From positions 20,772,001-20,836,000 of the forward strand of contig CM052817.1 of NCBI GenBank assembly GCA_028534125.1: DNA of 64,000 nucleotides, in the 5' to 3' direction. The DNA comes from Lama glama (taxonomy: Eukaryota). Position 1 is the stretch's first letter. Every line of letters starts with the position of its first letter. The notes below the pieces were generated by a model. It was not told the origin of the DNA. It searched no databases and saw only the letters and a program-made list of their open reading frames with translations. Positions 25,941 through 38,003 of the stretch are shown here, piece after piece. Position numbers and translations under genes: made by a program.

Positions 25941-27519
25941 TATTTAGGTTACAAATTAGTTAAGTGCACAAAATAAATTTATACTACAATTGCAGACATT
26001 AAAAGTGGGTTAAAGTATAATTCAAAAAAAGAAAAAAGAAGAAGAATTAGCCACTAGGGTCTTCTGAACTTACATGATAATTATGTACACAGGTAACCAA
26101 CCATGTAGTGAATCAGGAAAGACCATATTTCAATCTATTGCCTTTGGGGAGAAGAGAACACTATAATTAATAAAACTGCCGATCAAAATTGGAGAGTAAA
26201 TAGAAGAAGGAGGAGAGGAAAAGCCTAAACATGAAATAAGTTTAATATATGAAAGAAGTGAAATAGTCTCTCTTCTTTAGAGAAAGAAATGTTCTTACAA
26301 AATAACAAAAATATATAAGACAGAATTAAGAACTGCTGATTAATTTGATAACCTGACCTTTGAGCCTAAGGACAATTAAAAAGTGTTTTTAGACTAAAAT
26401 TTAAAAAATACTGGAGAAGTTCATGTTTTAGCTATATTTTATTCTTAAAATTAAAAAATAAATGAGAAATTATTAATTTTGCATTTAGAAAAAATATACC
26501 TATATCAATGAATAAATATACATAAATATACATATGCATAAACGAGTGATAAATTGAGATTCCCATACATGACCCAAACTCTTATTTTATGTTGGCTAAT
26601 TTGATAGTAACTTTGCTGAAAGCTGATTTAAAGCTTGTCTGAAATTTACAAATGTATATGTATGCATTTATTTAGTTAAATTTCAAGATTAGTAGATTGA
26701 AATAGTCTATATTCGTTAATTCTTTTTCTAGGTAAATAAAAGTAAAGTAACAGTGACCAAAAAAGTTTGTTCCTCAACTATAATCTGAAAATGTTTTAAA
26801 GTATTTAGACTCTGTCATAGGATGATTATGAGATAAAATTCCTGATGTAGTTGACACATAAAATGATTTTAAAGAGGTACTTAAAATAAATATGTGGGTC
26901 ATTTTGAGTTTTTGATGGCTCCACATATATAAAGCCAATTTTAATCAACATGGATAAATATAAAATTCATGCAAATAGCATAAGAATCTGCATCTTTAAG
27001 CTCTTTTGACGAAGCAGACTAAAATGGAAAGGTCATCCCTAAAGGTTTTCTGTAAGGTTAATAAAGCAGACTTCAGCTTTTTACAACCTTCATCCAACCT
27101 CTTTTCTATTTCTTGGAAAGCAGATTTCCATGAACCTGAAACAGCCTCTGATTTTAGCAGCTCTGGCTTTGCCTATGCCTTTGAAAAGGAATTTAAAAGT
27201 TTATAAACTATGATATCCTTTAAAGAAATTCTGTGCACTTAAATACATTTGTAAAATATCCGAAAATATCTAAAATGATACACATTGAACTTTATAGTGG
27301 AAAGTCGGAGGTGAGTTAGAATTGCAAGGGAATGATCAAGAGGAATTACATTCATGTAATGTTTTATTTTAAAGGATGAATTAGTCATATAATCTTTGTA
27401 GAATTATTTTATAATGTATGCTTAAATAAATCAATATGTATGGATATGTGTGTAGACAGAGAAAGTCTCAATGACATTATTCCAGGATTAGGACTTGGAA
27501 GAGCCACCTGGGATGTCTC

Positions 27520-27665
27520 TATACAGGGAAAATGTCACGTAAAGACACAGCGAGCAGGTGGCCACCTGCAAGCCAAAGAGAGAAGCTTCAGGAGAAACCA
27601 AACCTGCCAATATTGTGATCTTGGACTTCTATCTTCCAGAACCATGAGAAAATAAATTTGCATTT
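27520..27665 (+). mobile_element. MLT1A/B LTR fragment
   Basis: ggtggccacctgcaagccaaagagagaagcttcaggagaaaccaaacctgcc...gatcttggacttctatcttccagaaccatgagaaaataaattt. Confidence 0.8.
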
Positions 27666-28269
27666 TTTTTGGCTTTAAACTTTTCTGGTCATAATGTATT
27701 TAAGGCATTTTTCTTTCTATTACCAAGCAGAAGTATTATTTATATTGAATCAGAACACACACTTATAAACAATGAAAATCATCAAAATTACATATATCTT
27801 GTGGCACAGTTTTTTTAAAGAATGCTGTCAAAACCACATCTTCAGATTTTTTTTCAGATGTTATAGTTTGGTTTATAAAGGTCCGTATTTTCATTTGTTG
27901 TAAATAATTTTTTTAAACTTGCATGGTTTAAGCAATCTAGTCTGAAGTATTTTGTTATGGCAGTCTGGCAGAGTTATATATGGCAGTCTATACCAATTTC
28001 TATTTCCATGTTCAAATGTAAGGGGTCTGGAGGGGTCACAGAAACCCTTGCAGGAGTTCTGTGGTGGGAGAATCATAGTGATACTAAAACATTATTCATT
28101 TTTTCTCTCCCGTCTATTGATCTTTGTCAAAATGGTAAAAAAGCAAGAATGTGTAAAGGTGCCTTAGCACTAATCAAGATCGTGGTAACAATTACATTAG
28201 TAGTCATTCAACTCCACATTCTCACAGGGAAAATAAAGAAAAAGAAAAAGAACACATTATGAAGCCATA

Positions 28270-29412
28270 ACAACAAATACTTTCATTAAATCTTGATGTT
28301 TGAGTAAATATCTTTGCAATTTGATGTGACAAAGTAGCAAATATGCATCAAGCTCTTCTGTTGCATAACCAAAGTGTGATGATTGTTTCCAGAAAAAACA
28401 CTGGCAATTATTTGAATTGCAAGCTGAAGGAGGTTGCTTTTTTTCCATGAAATTCCATTTGTACTTGAATGAACGATTTATTGACAAATTATGTTTACTT
28501 ACAACTGGATATTTGACAAGAATTCTTTTCAAAATTAAATGATGTGAGCCTGTCACTTCATGGAAAACAAATGACAGTGGTTTTTGCCAATGTTAAAATT
28601 TGAATGCTCAAAGTGAAAATTAGCATTCTGGAAAACTTGAATGCATTCCCATGAGCTCCTCAATACTTAAGAACACTTCTGCTGAGACTGGAAATATTTA
28701 TAAAATGTGATTTTTTGATATCATAAAATAAAATGTATAAACATTTGTAGTGTTTTAATAGGTCAAAGAACCAATGCCTTTCACATATCCAGTGCATGAT
28801 GTTATAAAATCATTCAAGGGCAAAGCATACTTTCACAGTGTATGATGGGTCCATGGCATTTTAATGAATCAGAGCATGAAAAATCAACTTAGTTTCAGAT
28901 TCTACTTTGCAACTGACTTTAAAGTAGCTATCATTTCACAAGTTTTGGTGTAGTATTAAAGAAGAATATCAATAATTTTCTAAAAGTCAGTCAAACACCT
29001 CTTTCCTTTTCAACTACTTACTTGTATGAGCCTGAATTTTCTGCACAGACTTCAAACAAAACAACATATTGCAACTGGTCAAGTGCAGATGCAAATATGA
29101 AAACTCAGCTGCTTTCGATTAAGTCAGATCTCAAAGAGATTTGCAGAATTGTAAAACAATGTCATTCTTTTTTGCTAATTTATTATTTACTTTAAAAAAT
29201 GGTTATTTTTCATAAAATATATTATTTATGTTTTATGTAATAGGTTTATTATTGTTATTTTAGCATAATACATAAAATTTTTCAGTGGTAAGTTCTAATA
29301 CAGCAAGTCAATATTGATAGATATAATCTACATAAACTAAAGTCTTTTTTCATTTTTTAGTAACTTTTATGAGTGTAAAGGAGTTTTGAGACCAAAAAGT
29401 TTGATATCTATG
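28270..29412 (+). mobile_element. Charlie1-family hAT transposon, 3' part (decayed transposase and right end)
   Basis: gtgagcctgtcacttcatggaaaacaaatgacagt, gtttcagattctactttgcaactgactttaa, and terminal gagaccaaaaagtttga. Confidence 0.85.
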
Positions 29413-29544
29413 GAAGGTAATGTTTCCATGGGGAGATATTTTATGAAACCCTGATAACCTTTTATAGTTGGATATCTCAATACTTCTACTAGCTCTAAGT
29501 GTATTCCTTTTGGAATTCATTCCTATTGTAGACAGTTATATTCC

Positions 29545-29700
29545 CTAATTCATTTCTTCATTCAGTCAACAATTACTGGCACTGTTCTAGATGAAGATAT
29601 AGCAGAGGAAAAAAAAACAAGCAAGAAATTACCTTTCATTTGGACTATGTACTAGTAGAAAAGACAGAAGTTTATAAATAAACAGATACACAAAATATAA
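29545..29700 (-). mobile_element. L2 3' end fragment
   Basis: attcatttcttcattcagtcaacaattactggcactgttctagatg. Confidence 0.55.
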
Positions 29701-30429
29701 TGCTTCTATATTATAAATATACTTCTAAGTCAGTCATAAAGACCTAGAATTTAAAAGTAATTATTTCACACACCATATGAATTTTAAGCCACAAAGAAAG
29801 AGAGATTTCATGAACTCTTTGTGATGGGTTAGTTTCTAATTTGAATCAATCATCTTGGCCCATCTTTACATGAATATTTGGATGCAAATCAGAACATTCT
29901 TTGGCCACAATGGTGCAAAAAGAAAGTCATTTAGACTCTGTAAAATCTACTCCATATGGCCCACTTGGCTATTGAGTTAGCAGATTTTATTTCATAAGCA
30001 TTCTAGACTTGGCCACGTTATCACATATCCTGCCTCTTCTAGGTTAAGGTATTGCATAATCTATTTGGACCACAGTCTAACTGTGATACCTTTCAGGATG
30101 ATGGAAGGAAGTAAACTTTGTTTAAGTTTATGAACTAAATAAGACCAGCTTTCCTCCATTTTATTTTCTCCTTCGTGCTTTCCCCACTGATCTCCTGAGC
30201 TGCAGTTATCTCTTTTGTTTTGGCACCACTAGTCTATCTCTAATTTCCATATCAAAGATTCAAATCTGACATCACAACATCCAGTCTTTGTGAAGTTGGT
30301 AATATTTTTATATTCTCCCACAAAAATGCCAGTGTATAGAATTGTCAAGTCAATTACTTCTGCAAATTTGAATACAGAATCAGTATATCTTAAAATCCAT
30401 TTATAGGGGATCAGTTTTCACCAATCACA

Positions 30430-30915
30430 ACATTTGGTTGAATCAGAAAAAATAAAATACTTCTGGGTATGTTAAAGAGAAGGGCTTATAAAGGGATTTT
30501 GAAGCTTTAAAGGAATGGCAAACAAACACATACACATTGAAAAGCTTGGAGGCACAAAGATCAGGGCTACTGCTTCTAATATTTAGGAAATCAAGAAATG
30601 CAAGAAATATCAAAAGCCACTATGGTTAATCTTGGTTGTCTGCAGCACCAAGTGAGCAATTATTCAGATAAGACAGGAGCTGCAGGACAACGTGTGTCTA
30701 AGATCTGCTGAAGATCATGAGAAGCTTATAGGCTGTAATAGGAACAATATTAACCTTTGCTACTCTTTTGCCTTATAAATCACATGTAAGTTCTTTTCAT
30801 TACTGGAATTTAATTCATAATCCTGAGTGTAAGTGATTCTGGGAAATGTAGTTCACAGGCTTCCACACTGGGTGGAGAGCATGGAAGAATTTGAAAATAA
30901 GGTTGGTTATTGGAA
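30430..30915. mobile_element. Ancient LTR remnant (LTR78/79- or old MLT1-like)
   Basis: aatcctgagtgtaagtgattctgggaaatgtagttc motif; highly degraded. Confidence 0.4.
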
Positions 30916-31114
30916 AATCAAAAGTAATGTCCATCATATCAAGACAGTAAATATGCCAAGGTAAATGTGCCACAGTGAAAATCTGAAAAAAAAAAATTTC
31001 CTTATGAGGCATCTGGCAATCAAATGACTAGACACATTATTAAAATCTTTGTGTGGTAATTTAATAAGTCAAAAGTCTTAGAGAAAATATAAGATTTTAG
31101 TAAGGGAGACAGAC

Positions 31115-31626
31115 TGTTAAGTCACAGAAGGGTAACACCTGATGACAGATTGAAATCATAATGGAGTAATCATAGTTTAGGCATATAAAGTGGGGTTGGA
31201 TAGCCATTGAGGATTTGGTCTTAGACATATCTCCGCAGTCCTGAGAACTTGAACTTTCTGTGAACTGTACCAAACTCAAGGACACCACCAGCCATTTAAC
31301 AAACAACATCTGCTAGCTGCAGACTTGTGGACTTAAGGTTGTTCCCCTTTGTAACTATGCAATCATTTTGGACCCCAACTAATCCTGGCTTAAGAAGAAC
31401 CCTCACTTCTTGCCAGCTCCAATTATAGTTCTTGATAAAAACTCATGTGATGAACTGTGGCCTTGAGGTTTTTGCCTTTATAAACTTCCTTCCTCCATTT
31501 TGTAGTTGAGTGGAACACAATTCAAGTGGTACTTGAATCTGTGTCTCCAGGGCTGCGATCCTCATAAACCCCAGTAAACACTTGTTTATTTCAATCAGGT
31601 CTCTGTTTCTGAAATTGTGATTAACT
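31115..31626 (+). repeat. 5' LTR of the ERV1 provirus
   Basis: tgttaa...ttaact inverted termini (terminal CA mutated). TATA tttataaa near 31477 and polyA-like agtaaa at 31573-31578. Confidence 0.8.
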
Positions 31627-31630
31627 TAGC

Positions 31631-31648
31631 TGGTGTCGTAGGCAGGAT
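31631..31648 (+). promoter_or_regulatory. Primer-binding site, tRNA-Ser-like
   Basis: tggtgtcgtaggcaggat matches TGGCGTAGTCGGCAGGAT (complement of the tRNA-Ser 3' end) at 15 of 18 positions, 4 nt after the LTR. Confidence 0.65.
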
Positions 31649-31919
31649 CCAGGTCAGTGCCTCTCAACAGTTTGGAGCGCCTTTAGACTCGGTGTGTGAT
31701 GCCGACCTGGAACCACTGCAGGAAGCTGTGTCTTCGGTGGCTTGGAGGCTGTGAAGTTAGGGCTTTTGTTCCAAACCTCCCATTTGGTGGAGGTTTGGGT
31801 TTTTATTAGAGTGTTTCTCAATGTCAACACTAGTCTCCCTCTCTTTTGGGAGTGGGAGGATCCATCTAGAGATCTGTGTTTCAAGGTTTTTAAAAATTTT
31901 GGTAAGTACTCAAAATAAT

Positions 31920-32420
31920 GTGAAGTTCTTACCGCAAAAATGTGAAGAAAATGAATCCCCACCCCTCTGCCCGAGGAATACCACCAGCTTTATGTTTAAC
32001 ACCTGTGGACTCTCAGCCTGTAACTACCTATCTAAATGGACCCATTTAACCTGGGATAATTTTAAATTTCACTGGCCAAAATGAGAAGCTTTCCAAATGC
32101 CCGAATTAGTCTATCTTCGTGCATGACTAAAAAAAGTATCAGAATCAGACAAAATAAGTAGGAAGCATATTTTAATTGGCATGAAGAGGTCTCTAAAGGT
32201 AACACTGAGAAAATTGCTTCCTTCTAAGCTATAAATGAAAAGTTGACTCAGACTGTCAACTTGAAAAATCAGCTGAGTTTTCTTACCCTTCTGTCACGCC
32301 CTTCCCAAATTCTTCAACTTCTCCTCCATCCCTTTACTTGCCTTTTCCTGAGCTTCATTTTTATCTGACTGACTCCTTTCCTCTACGTCCTCCTCCCACA
32401 CTAATTCACATCCTTGAGCC
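31920..32420 (+). pseudogene. gag: Decayed retroviral gag (matrix and Pro-rich region)
   Basis: FMFNTCGLSACNYLSKWTHLTWDNFKFHWPK*EAFQMPELVYLR...EAYFNW resembles ERV1 matrix; contains stops and frameshifts. Confidence 0.7.
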
Positions 32421-34281
32421 CAGAGCACTCACTGATACTCTGTTGTGGTAGCCCCCTTTTAAAACTAAGCCCACTGGATGAGGAGAAAAACTGCCCCACT
32501 TCCTCAGCAATCCCTCACTCCTTCTTCCAAATAATCAGAAAATAAATCAGCTAGATGCTAATATTTAAGGGCTAATAGATACAATAGTCCTTGTCTTGTA
32601 AATCCCTACAAAATCAGAAGTACAACTTTAGAAACAAGTCAAGGTCCCCTATCTTTACCAGTCCCAAGGTCTTTCTTAGTCCTTTCAAAATGATTATAGG
32701 CATTATGAAAGACCAGGATAATAGAGCAAAATTGTCCTGTACTTAAGAAAAAAAATTAATAATGATTACCCTAAGACTTATGATAATGGACAAATATACT
32801 TCAAAACTCCTAGCAGAAAAATTACATTTTCTTTCTCTGTCCCTTACAGTTATAAATCTTATCATGTCCTTGAAGGGTAAACACAGCTCACATCACCCTG
32901 AGACTCAGCCCAGAGTACCTCAGTCAGTGAAGCCTGAATCATATTTAAAAAATAATAATAAGGCAAGAGGGCTTTTAGAAGCACATTCTGCTAAAAGGAC
33001 TCTCTCTTGCACAAACAGGCTGCTTAAAGTTGCTTGTCAAGGGCAAATACAGATCCTAAAAATCTTCTCCACAAATAATAAAACAGTTTTAGCCACCTGA
33101 GTAATCTAACTTATTCAAATGTTATTTATAAACTAGTGAGCTTTGTATTGTACCTGATTCATGACTAAAGTTTTAAAATGAAAACTCTAAGACTTCTGAC
33201 TGTGTCTGTTTTTATGTCTATGTGTCTATGTGTCTATGTTATAGATACAGTGCTTTTCTACCTCCAGTGGTATGGCCAAAATTCATTTATGAAAGAGCTC
33301 TATTTAATTGGCTTAAACAAATAAGCATTTAAATAAAAATTGTCAAAAATATACTAGAAACTAACTCAAATGTTTTTGAAATTCACTTGATCTAGGACAA
33401 TTTTTAGTAAATAAAAACTAATTTTAATCTTGCTGATTTAAGTGATACAGGTATGCCTTCAGGATTTACATTAAATATAATGGAGATAAACAATTTTTGT
33501 TCTACCTGGGTTTACTAGTCAAATGGACTAATGTATCTGTTGCAGAGTTTGTCAGCAAAGAAAAAAATGAAGATAATGACTAACTGCTTTAATGGTTCAT
33601 GAAATTTCCATGAATGATTCAAGTATAATTGTTAAGAATAAATAAATTAAATAGATGTAGATGACAAGAGTTTTCAGGTGAACACTTTTAACAATTGTTT
33701 CATGATATGTCTACTTAAATCGTTTCTTAAACTTCTTTGGTCATTTACACCATGAGAGTTTTGCTAAGTTAAATGATAGTAATTCATTGTATATCTAGAT
33801 CATTTCCAAATAAGATAAAATACTAAAATATTAATTGCTAAACAAATTTACCTATTTTGATCTCTTATTATAGAAAGATTAAGTATACTTGGGTCTATTC
33901 ATAAATATATTTTCTGGTTCACTGAAAATTATACCATGAAATAGGATATGTTTCTAGAAATTATAAAATGATTTTATAAATTTACCAAGCCACAAAATGT
34001 TAACACAGTTCACATTTGTTTGCTTCTTTATTTTCACTAAAAGATTAAAGTTTCAAAGGATTAAGAATTCTAATAATTATGTGGGGTTAAAGCTACCAGA
34101 TATAATAATGGAAATAGAATGTGTTTTGTAGTAAGAAAAGGTACAAGGTGTGGAGACATTTTTTAAGAAAAATAAAGTGATTTTGTTCTAAAGCTGGTTA
34201 TTTCTAAATGAGAAAGAAAACAAATGACAAACTAAAATGTATATGTAAAGTTGTAAAATGTTTATAAAAACAGGGATCTTT

Positions 34282-34437
34282 TTAAATATATTTTTTACAA
34301 ATTTTTTTACAATTTTTTTATTGAGTAATAGTCTGTTTGCAATGTTGTGTCAATTTCTGGTGTACAGCACAATTTTTCAGTCATACATGAATATATATGT
34401 ATTCATTTTCCATTTTCATATTCTTTTTCACCATGAG
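34282..34437 (-). mobile_element. Young, severely 5'-truncated camelid-type L1 3' end inserted in the ERV
   Basis: T-rich tail then attgagtaatagtctgtttgcaatgttgtgtcaatttctggtgtacagcac. TSD aaaaacagggatcttt (34266-34281) / aaaaaggggatcttt (34438-34452). Confidence 0.85.
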
Positions 34438-35504
34438 AAAAAGGGGATCTTTAGAAAAAAATTTTATGTATGGTCAGAACTGGAAAATATTGGAATAAAT
34501 TTAATTAATTTAAAAATATTTAAATAAATTTAATTAAATTTAAGTAAGTGAGTTTTAATATTAAAAATAGACTGGTGCAAAATTAAAATTTGTTTTTCTG
34601 TCTGTTAAAAGAAAAATTCTTTTTCAATTGGTCTGCTCTTGATAATAAGAGATTATGAAAGGTTCTTCTTTCCATTTATTCTGCCTAAAAACAAAACAAA
34701 GGTCTTATGTCTTGTCAAAGTAATTACTCACAGTCTATTTTTTTTATTGTTTTTAACAGGTCTTTGATTACTTAAGTAAGTCTCATCCTCTCAATATTAA
34801 AAGAGCTAAGTTTTGCTCAAAACTTTATACCCTTCTATATTTGCCTATGAAGCTTTTGTTATTTTGGTTAAATGGATAACTAAGCATTGTATCACAGTGA
34901 AACCGCTCTGATATTTTTGACAAACTTCCCCCAAATTAAATTCTAAATGAAGTCTTTTTAATCTTGGAACTAATTTTGAAATGATTTCTCTCCTTATAAA
35001 AAAAGAAATATTAAACTAATTAGTCATATTTGATATGCTAAGTTACATAGGAAGCATTACCAAATAAGAAGGAATGTTCAGCCTTCTTTATGTTGCATCT
35101 ATATGGATATGTGTTATAAGTGTTCTAGAAATTGTGTGAAACTCCTGAAGTCTTAGAACTCCTGACATAAAGTGTTATCTGTCATCAAAATTGAAGCTCA
35201 GACTAAAAGTACTGAACCCATGTATCAGGGAAGTGCCCTACTGACATTCATGCAAAGGCAGAAACAACACAAGAATCTATAATATAGCACATGTGGATGA
35301 AGTTCATTCTGCTTCAGCAGAAAAAAAATATTGACCCTTCTTTGCCAGACGTTTGCTGTTCTGATATCTTTATTACACATAACAATTTGTTCCTAAATCA
35401 GGTAAATTAGGATGTGTGAACAATAGCTGTAAATTAAATAGTCAAGGCTATGGGAAACCCAAGATGGCTGCTTGGTTCTTCCCAGCTCCCTGACATAACC
35501 CATT

Positions 35505-35742
35505 TTCTATTTGATGGGTAGAAGCTTTCCCTTGCTGCAAGGCTGATGCCCTCACAATGGCAAAGAAACTTAGAAAATGTGTTTTCCACTTGGGGTATAC
35601 CTTCAACAGTCTCCAGTGATCAAAGCACCCACTTCACTGGGCAAATCATACAAACCTTAACAAAGACCTTGCAGGCTTCTTGAAATTATCACTGTCACTA
35701 TCACCCCCAATCAGGCAAGGACAATAGAACAAATGGAAAACC
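35505..35742 (+). pseudogene. pol: Retroviral integrase core (rve) remnant
   Basis: WVEAFPCCKADALTMAKK-(frameshift)-LENVFSTWGIPSTVSSDQSTHFTGQIIQTLTKTLQAS*NYHCHYHPQSGKDNRTNG. Confidence 0.85.
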
Positions 35743-35819
35743 TGGACTCAAGCAGACAAGAATTACACGGGATTGAATGAACTGATGCATATGATTATAA
35801 TTTTTATGACTTTTGTTTA

Positions 35820-35890
35820 AAATATTATTAGTATTTAATATAATATTACTATTATTTAATATAATATTACTGTTATTTAATATAACATTA
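35820..35890. repeat. AT-rich tandem repeat, about 3 x 22 bp (attactattatttaatataat-like)
   Basis: Direct read. Confidence 0.75.
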
Positions 35891-36469
35891 AAAACCTTTT
35901 TTTCCCAAATAAAAGGAATTTTTTTTCTAAGAATTAGAGAAATTTGGTAAATTATATTTTTATAAGCACAACTGAAATATTTTCTTTTTCTCCTTAACTG
36001 ATTACTTCAGAATTCAGAAATTCTCAAACTAAAACTACCCTTTCCTTGAAGTGCTACAAACTGAAGTTAGACACGTTGATATAAACTTCAGAGAAATTGC
36101 TGCAACAGCTCGTATATAAACAACCCTCATACCTGTTGCTGTATGAGCCACTCAAAAAGTCTACCCTATACCCGATGGCATCATCAGAGACATTTCAAAC
36201 TACAAAAGATGCTTCAACCCTGACACCTAGAAAGCTTCTTGATTGAGTGCCTCTGGGCTAAGAAACTATATTTACTCTAATCATTAACCTTCTCTTTTCT
36301 TTTGTTCCCATAGAAGTGCCTCTAATTAAATACCTGATTACTTGCACCATTGACCTAGCTTTGAGAGCCCACATGCATCACCACTTCCTGAAATGAGATA
36401 CAACAGTTTAACTGAACTGACCTGTTCTCAGAACTAAGAAAATATAAATTACTGAAAAAGACAGCAACC

Positions 36470-36960
36470 GATTCATTAGTTTGCTTAAGAAATAATTATT
36501 GTGCTGGCACTGCTCTAGGCTCTGAGAACGTAACAACCATAAGGACAACATTCTCCCTGCTGTCCAGAAACTTACCACTTTGGAGGAGATGGGTAACAAA
36601 ACAAGTAACAAATGAACAGACCGATCAGTCTTACTTATGAGGAAATAATCAGTTAACTGATAGAGTGACAGCAAATGTGAGTTAGACAGAGTGATCAAGA
36701 ACAGGATCTCTTGAGTACGTGACATTTGAGCTGAGACTGGGAGTTGAGAAGAAACAGTTCATCTGATGGGAAGGGGGCAAAGATGGCTTCAGGCAGAGAG
36801 AATAATAAACCTCAGGCCCTGAGAGGTGAGAGAAGTCTTCATATGGCCAAGAAACAGAATGGAAGTCAGAGTGGCTGGAATATACTGAGCAAGGTGGAGA
36901 ACAGAATGAAATTCCGCTGGAGAGGTACACCAGGATCAGATCACGAAAGGTCTTGGCATA
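36470..36960 (-). mobile_element. L2a fragment
   Basis: tgtgctggcactgctctaggctctgaga, gtgacatttgagctgagact, gtggctggaatatactgagcaag. Confidence 0.8.
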
Positions 36961-37850
36961 TGCAGTGGCGCTGAAAAAAGGTCCCTGTAATTAGTGAAGC
37001 TGGTGAGTGAGGAGAATGACGGGTTAACCATGGGCAAGGTGAGCTCCTAAAAGCACTTGAAGTTTTCACACAGAGCTGGATACCTTTTTAACACATTTGA
37101 GAGGCCTCTGAAGGATCTGAGGTTTTGGTGTAGAGACAGAAATTACTGGATTGAAGATCCACTTAAGGTTTGGAAGGGGTAATTTCTAAACTGAAAAGAA
37201 AACAAGAACTTTTAGATTTCATGGACAAAAATGTTAGAGAAAAAAAGCAAACCTTTATGAGAAGATAAAAACAAGAAAGAAATGGAAAGTTTACTATTTT
37301 TCAAGAATTTAACTAGCCTTTCAGTGAAATAAGCAGGCAAACTTTAAATTCTCACTTGCCCTGTACTTAATTTAAGGTGTCACTTTTGATGAATTATTTA
37401 CCATTTATATTTCTCTTTTTTTTTTTGGTTTTTGACATTATATTATGCTTTCTTTTTTTTTTTTTATAATTGGCTGTATTCCTTTATGCAATCCGTTTTT
37501 TAATTCAATTTTAGCTATACTACATAATTTAATGGCTCTTTCTGTTGTCAACTTTGTATAATTACTATTGCTGAGGTGAATCTTTTTTGCCATGTAGCAT
37601 CTAAAAGAAAATAATAATTTAAAAATGAAAAGTGTAAAGTAGTCTGCACAAATCCTCTGAGAAAGGAACAAAGGGATCATATTGGGGATAGAAGAAAGAT
37701 TTAGGTCAAACTCTTAAAGAGAAAAACCCTAATATATGCTTAAGGAACATATGGTGTGTCAGAACCATGAAATGGTTCTTTTATAAGACTGTATTCCACA
37801 GTAAATTTCCTGTATTATTCAGTCTTGTTAGTAGCCATCATCATCACTTT

Positions 37851-38003
37851 TTGTTTGTTTGTTTGTTTGTTTGTTTTGTGGGGGAGGGAGGTAATTAGAT
37901 TGATTTGTTTGTTAATATATTTGTATATATATACTGGGGATTAGAACCCAGAACCTCCTGCTTGCTAAGCACACACTCTACCACTGAGCTATATCCTCCC
38001 CGC
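37851..38003 (-). mobile_element. Camelid tRNA-derived SINE (Vic-1-like)
   Basis: Minus strand ggggaggatatagctcagtggtagagtgtgtgcttagcaagcaggaggttctgggttctaatccccagta carries A and B boxes and an (AAAC)n tail. TSD atcacttt at 37843-37850 and 38008-38015. Confidence 0.9.

Larger units (their letters stand above)
31115..36445 (+). mobile_element. 3'-truncated ERV1 provirus (MER4-group/HUERS-P-like non-autonomous element): 5' LTR, PBS, gag remnant, AT-rich interior, integrase remnant; no 3' LTR seen
   Basis: LTR at 31115-31626 followed by a PBS at 31631. Major splice donor tggtaagt near 31900. gag and integrase remnants listed separately. AT-rich interior typical of MER4-group internal sequences. 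Confidence 0.85.

Noticed and set aside
36432..36460. agaaaatataa shared with 31082-31092, as a possible ERV TSD
   Set aside because: ERV1 TSDs are 4-5 bp and abut the LTRs. This AT-rich match lies more than 20 bp from the LTR and there is no 3' LTR.
37930..38001. tRNA gene
   Set aside because: It is the tRNA-derived head of a SINE with a tail and TSD; the B box is degenerate and no acceptor stem is evident.
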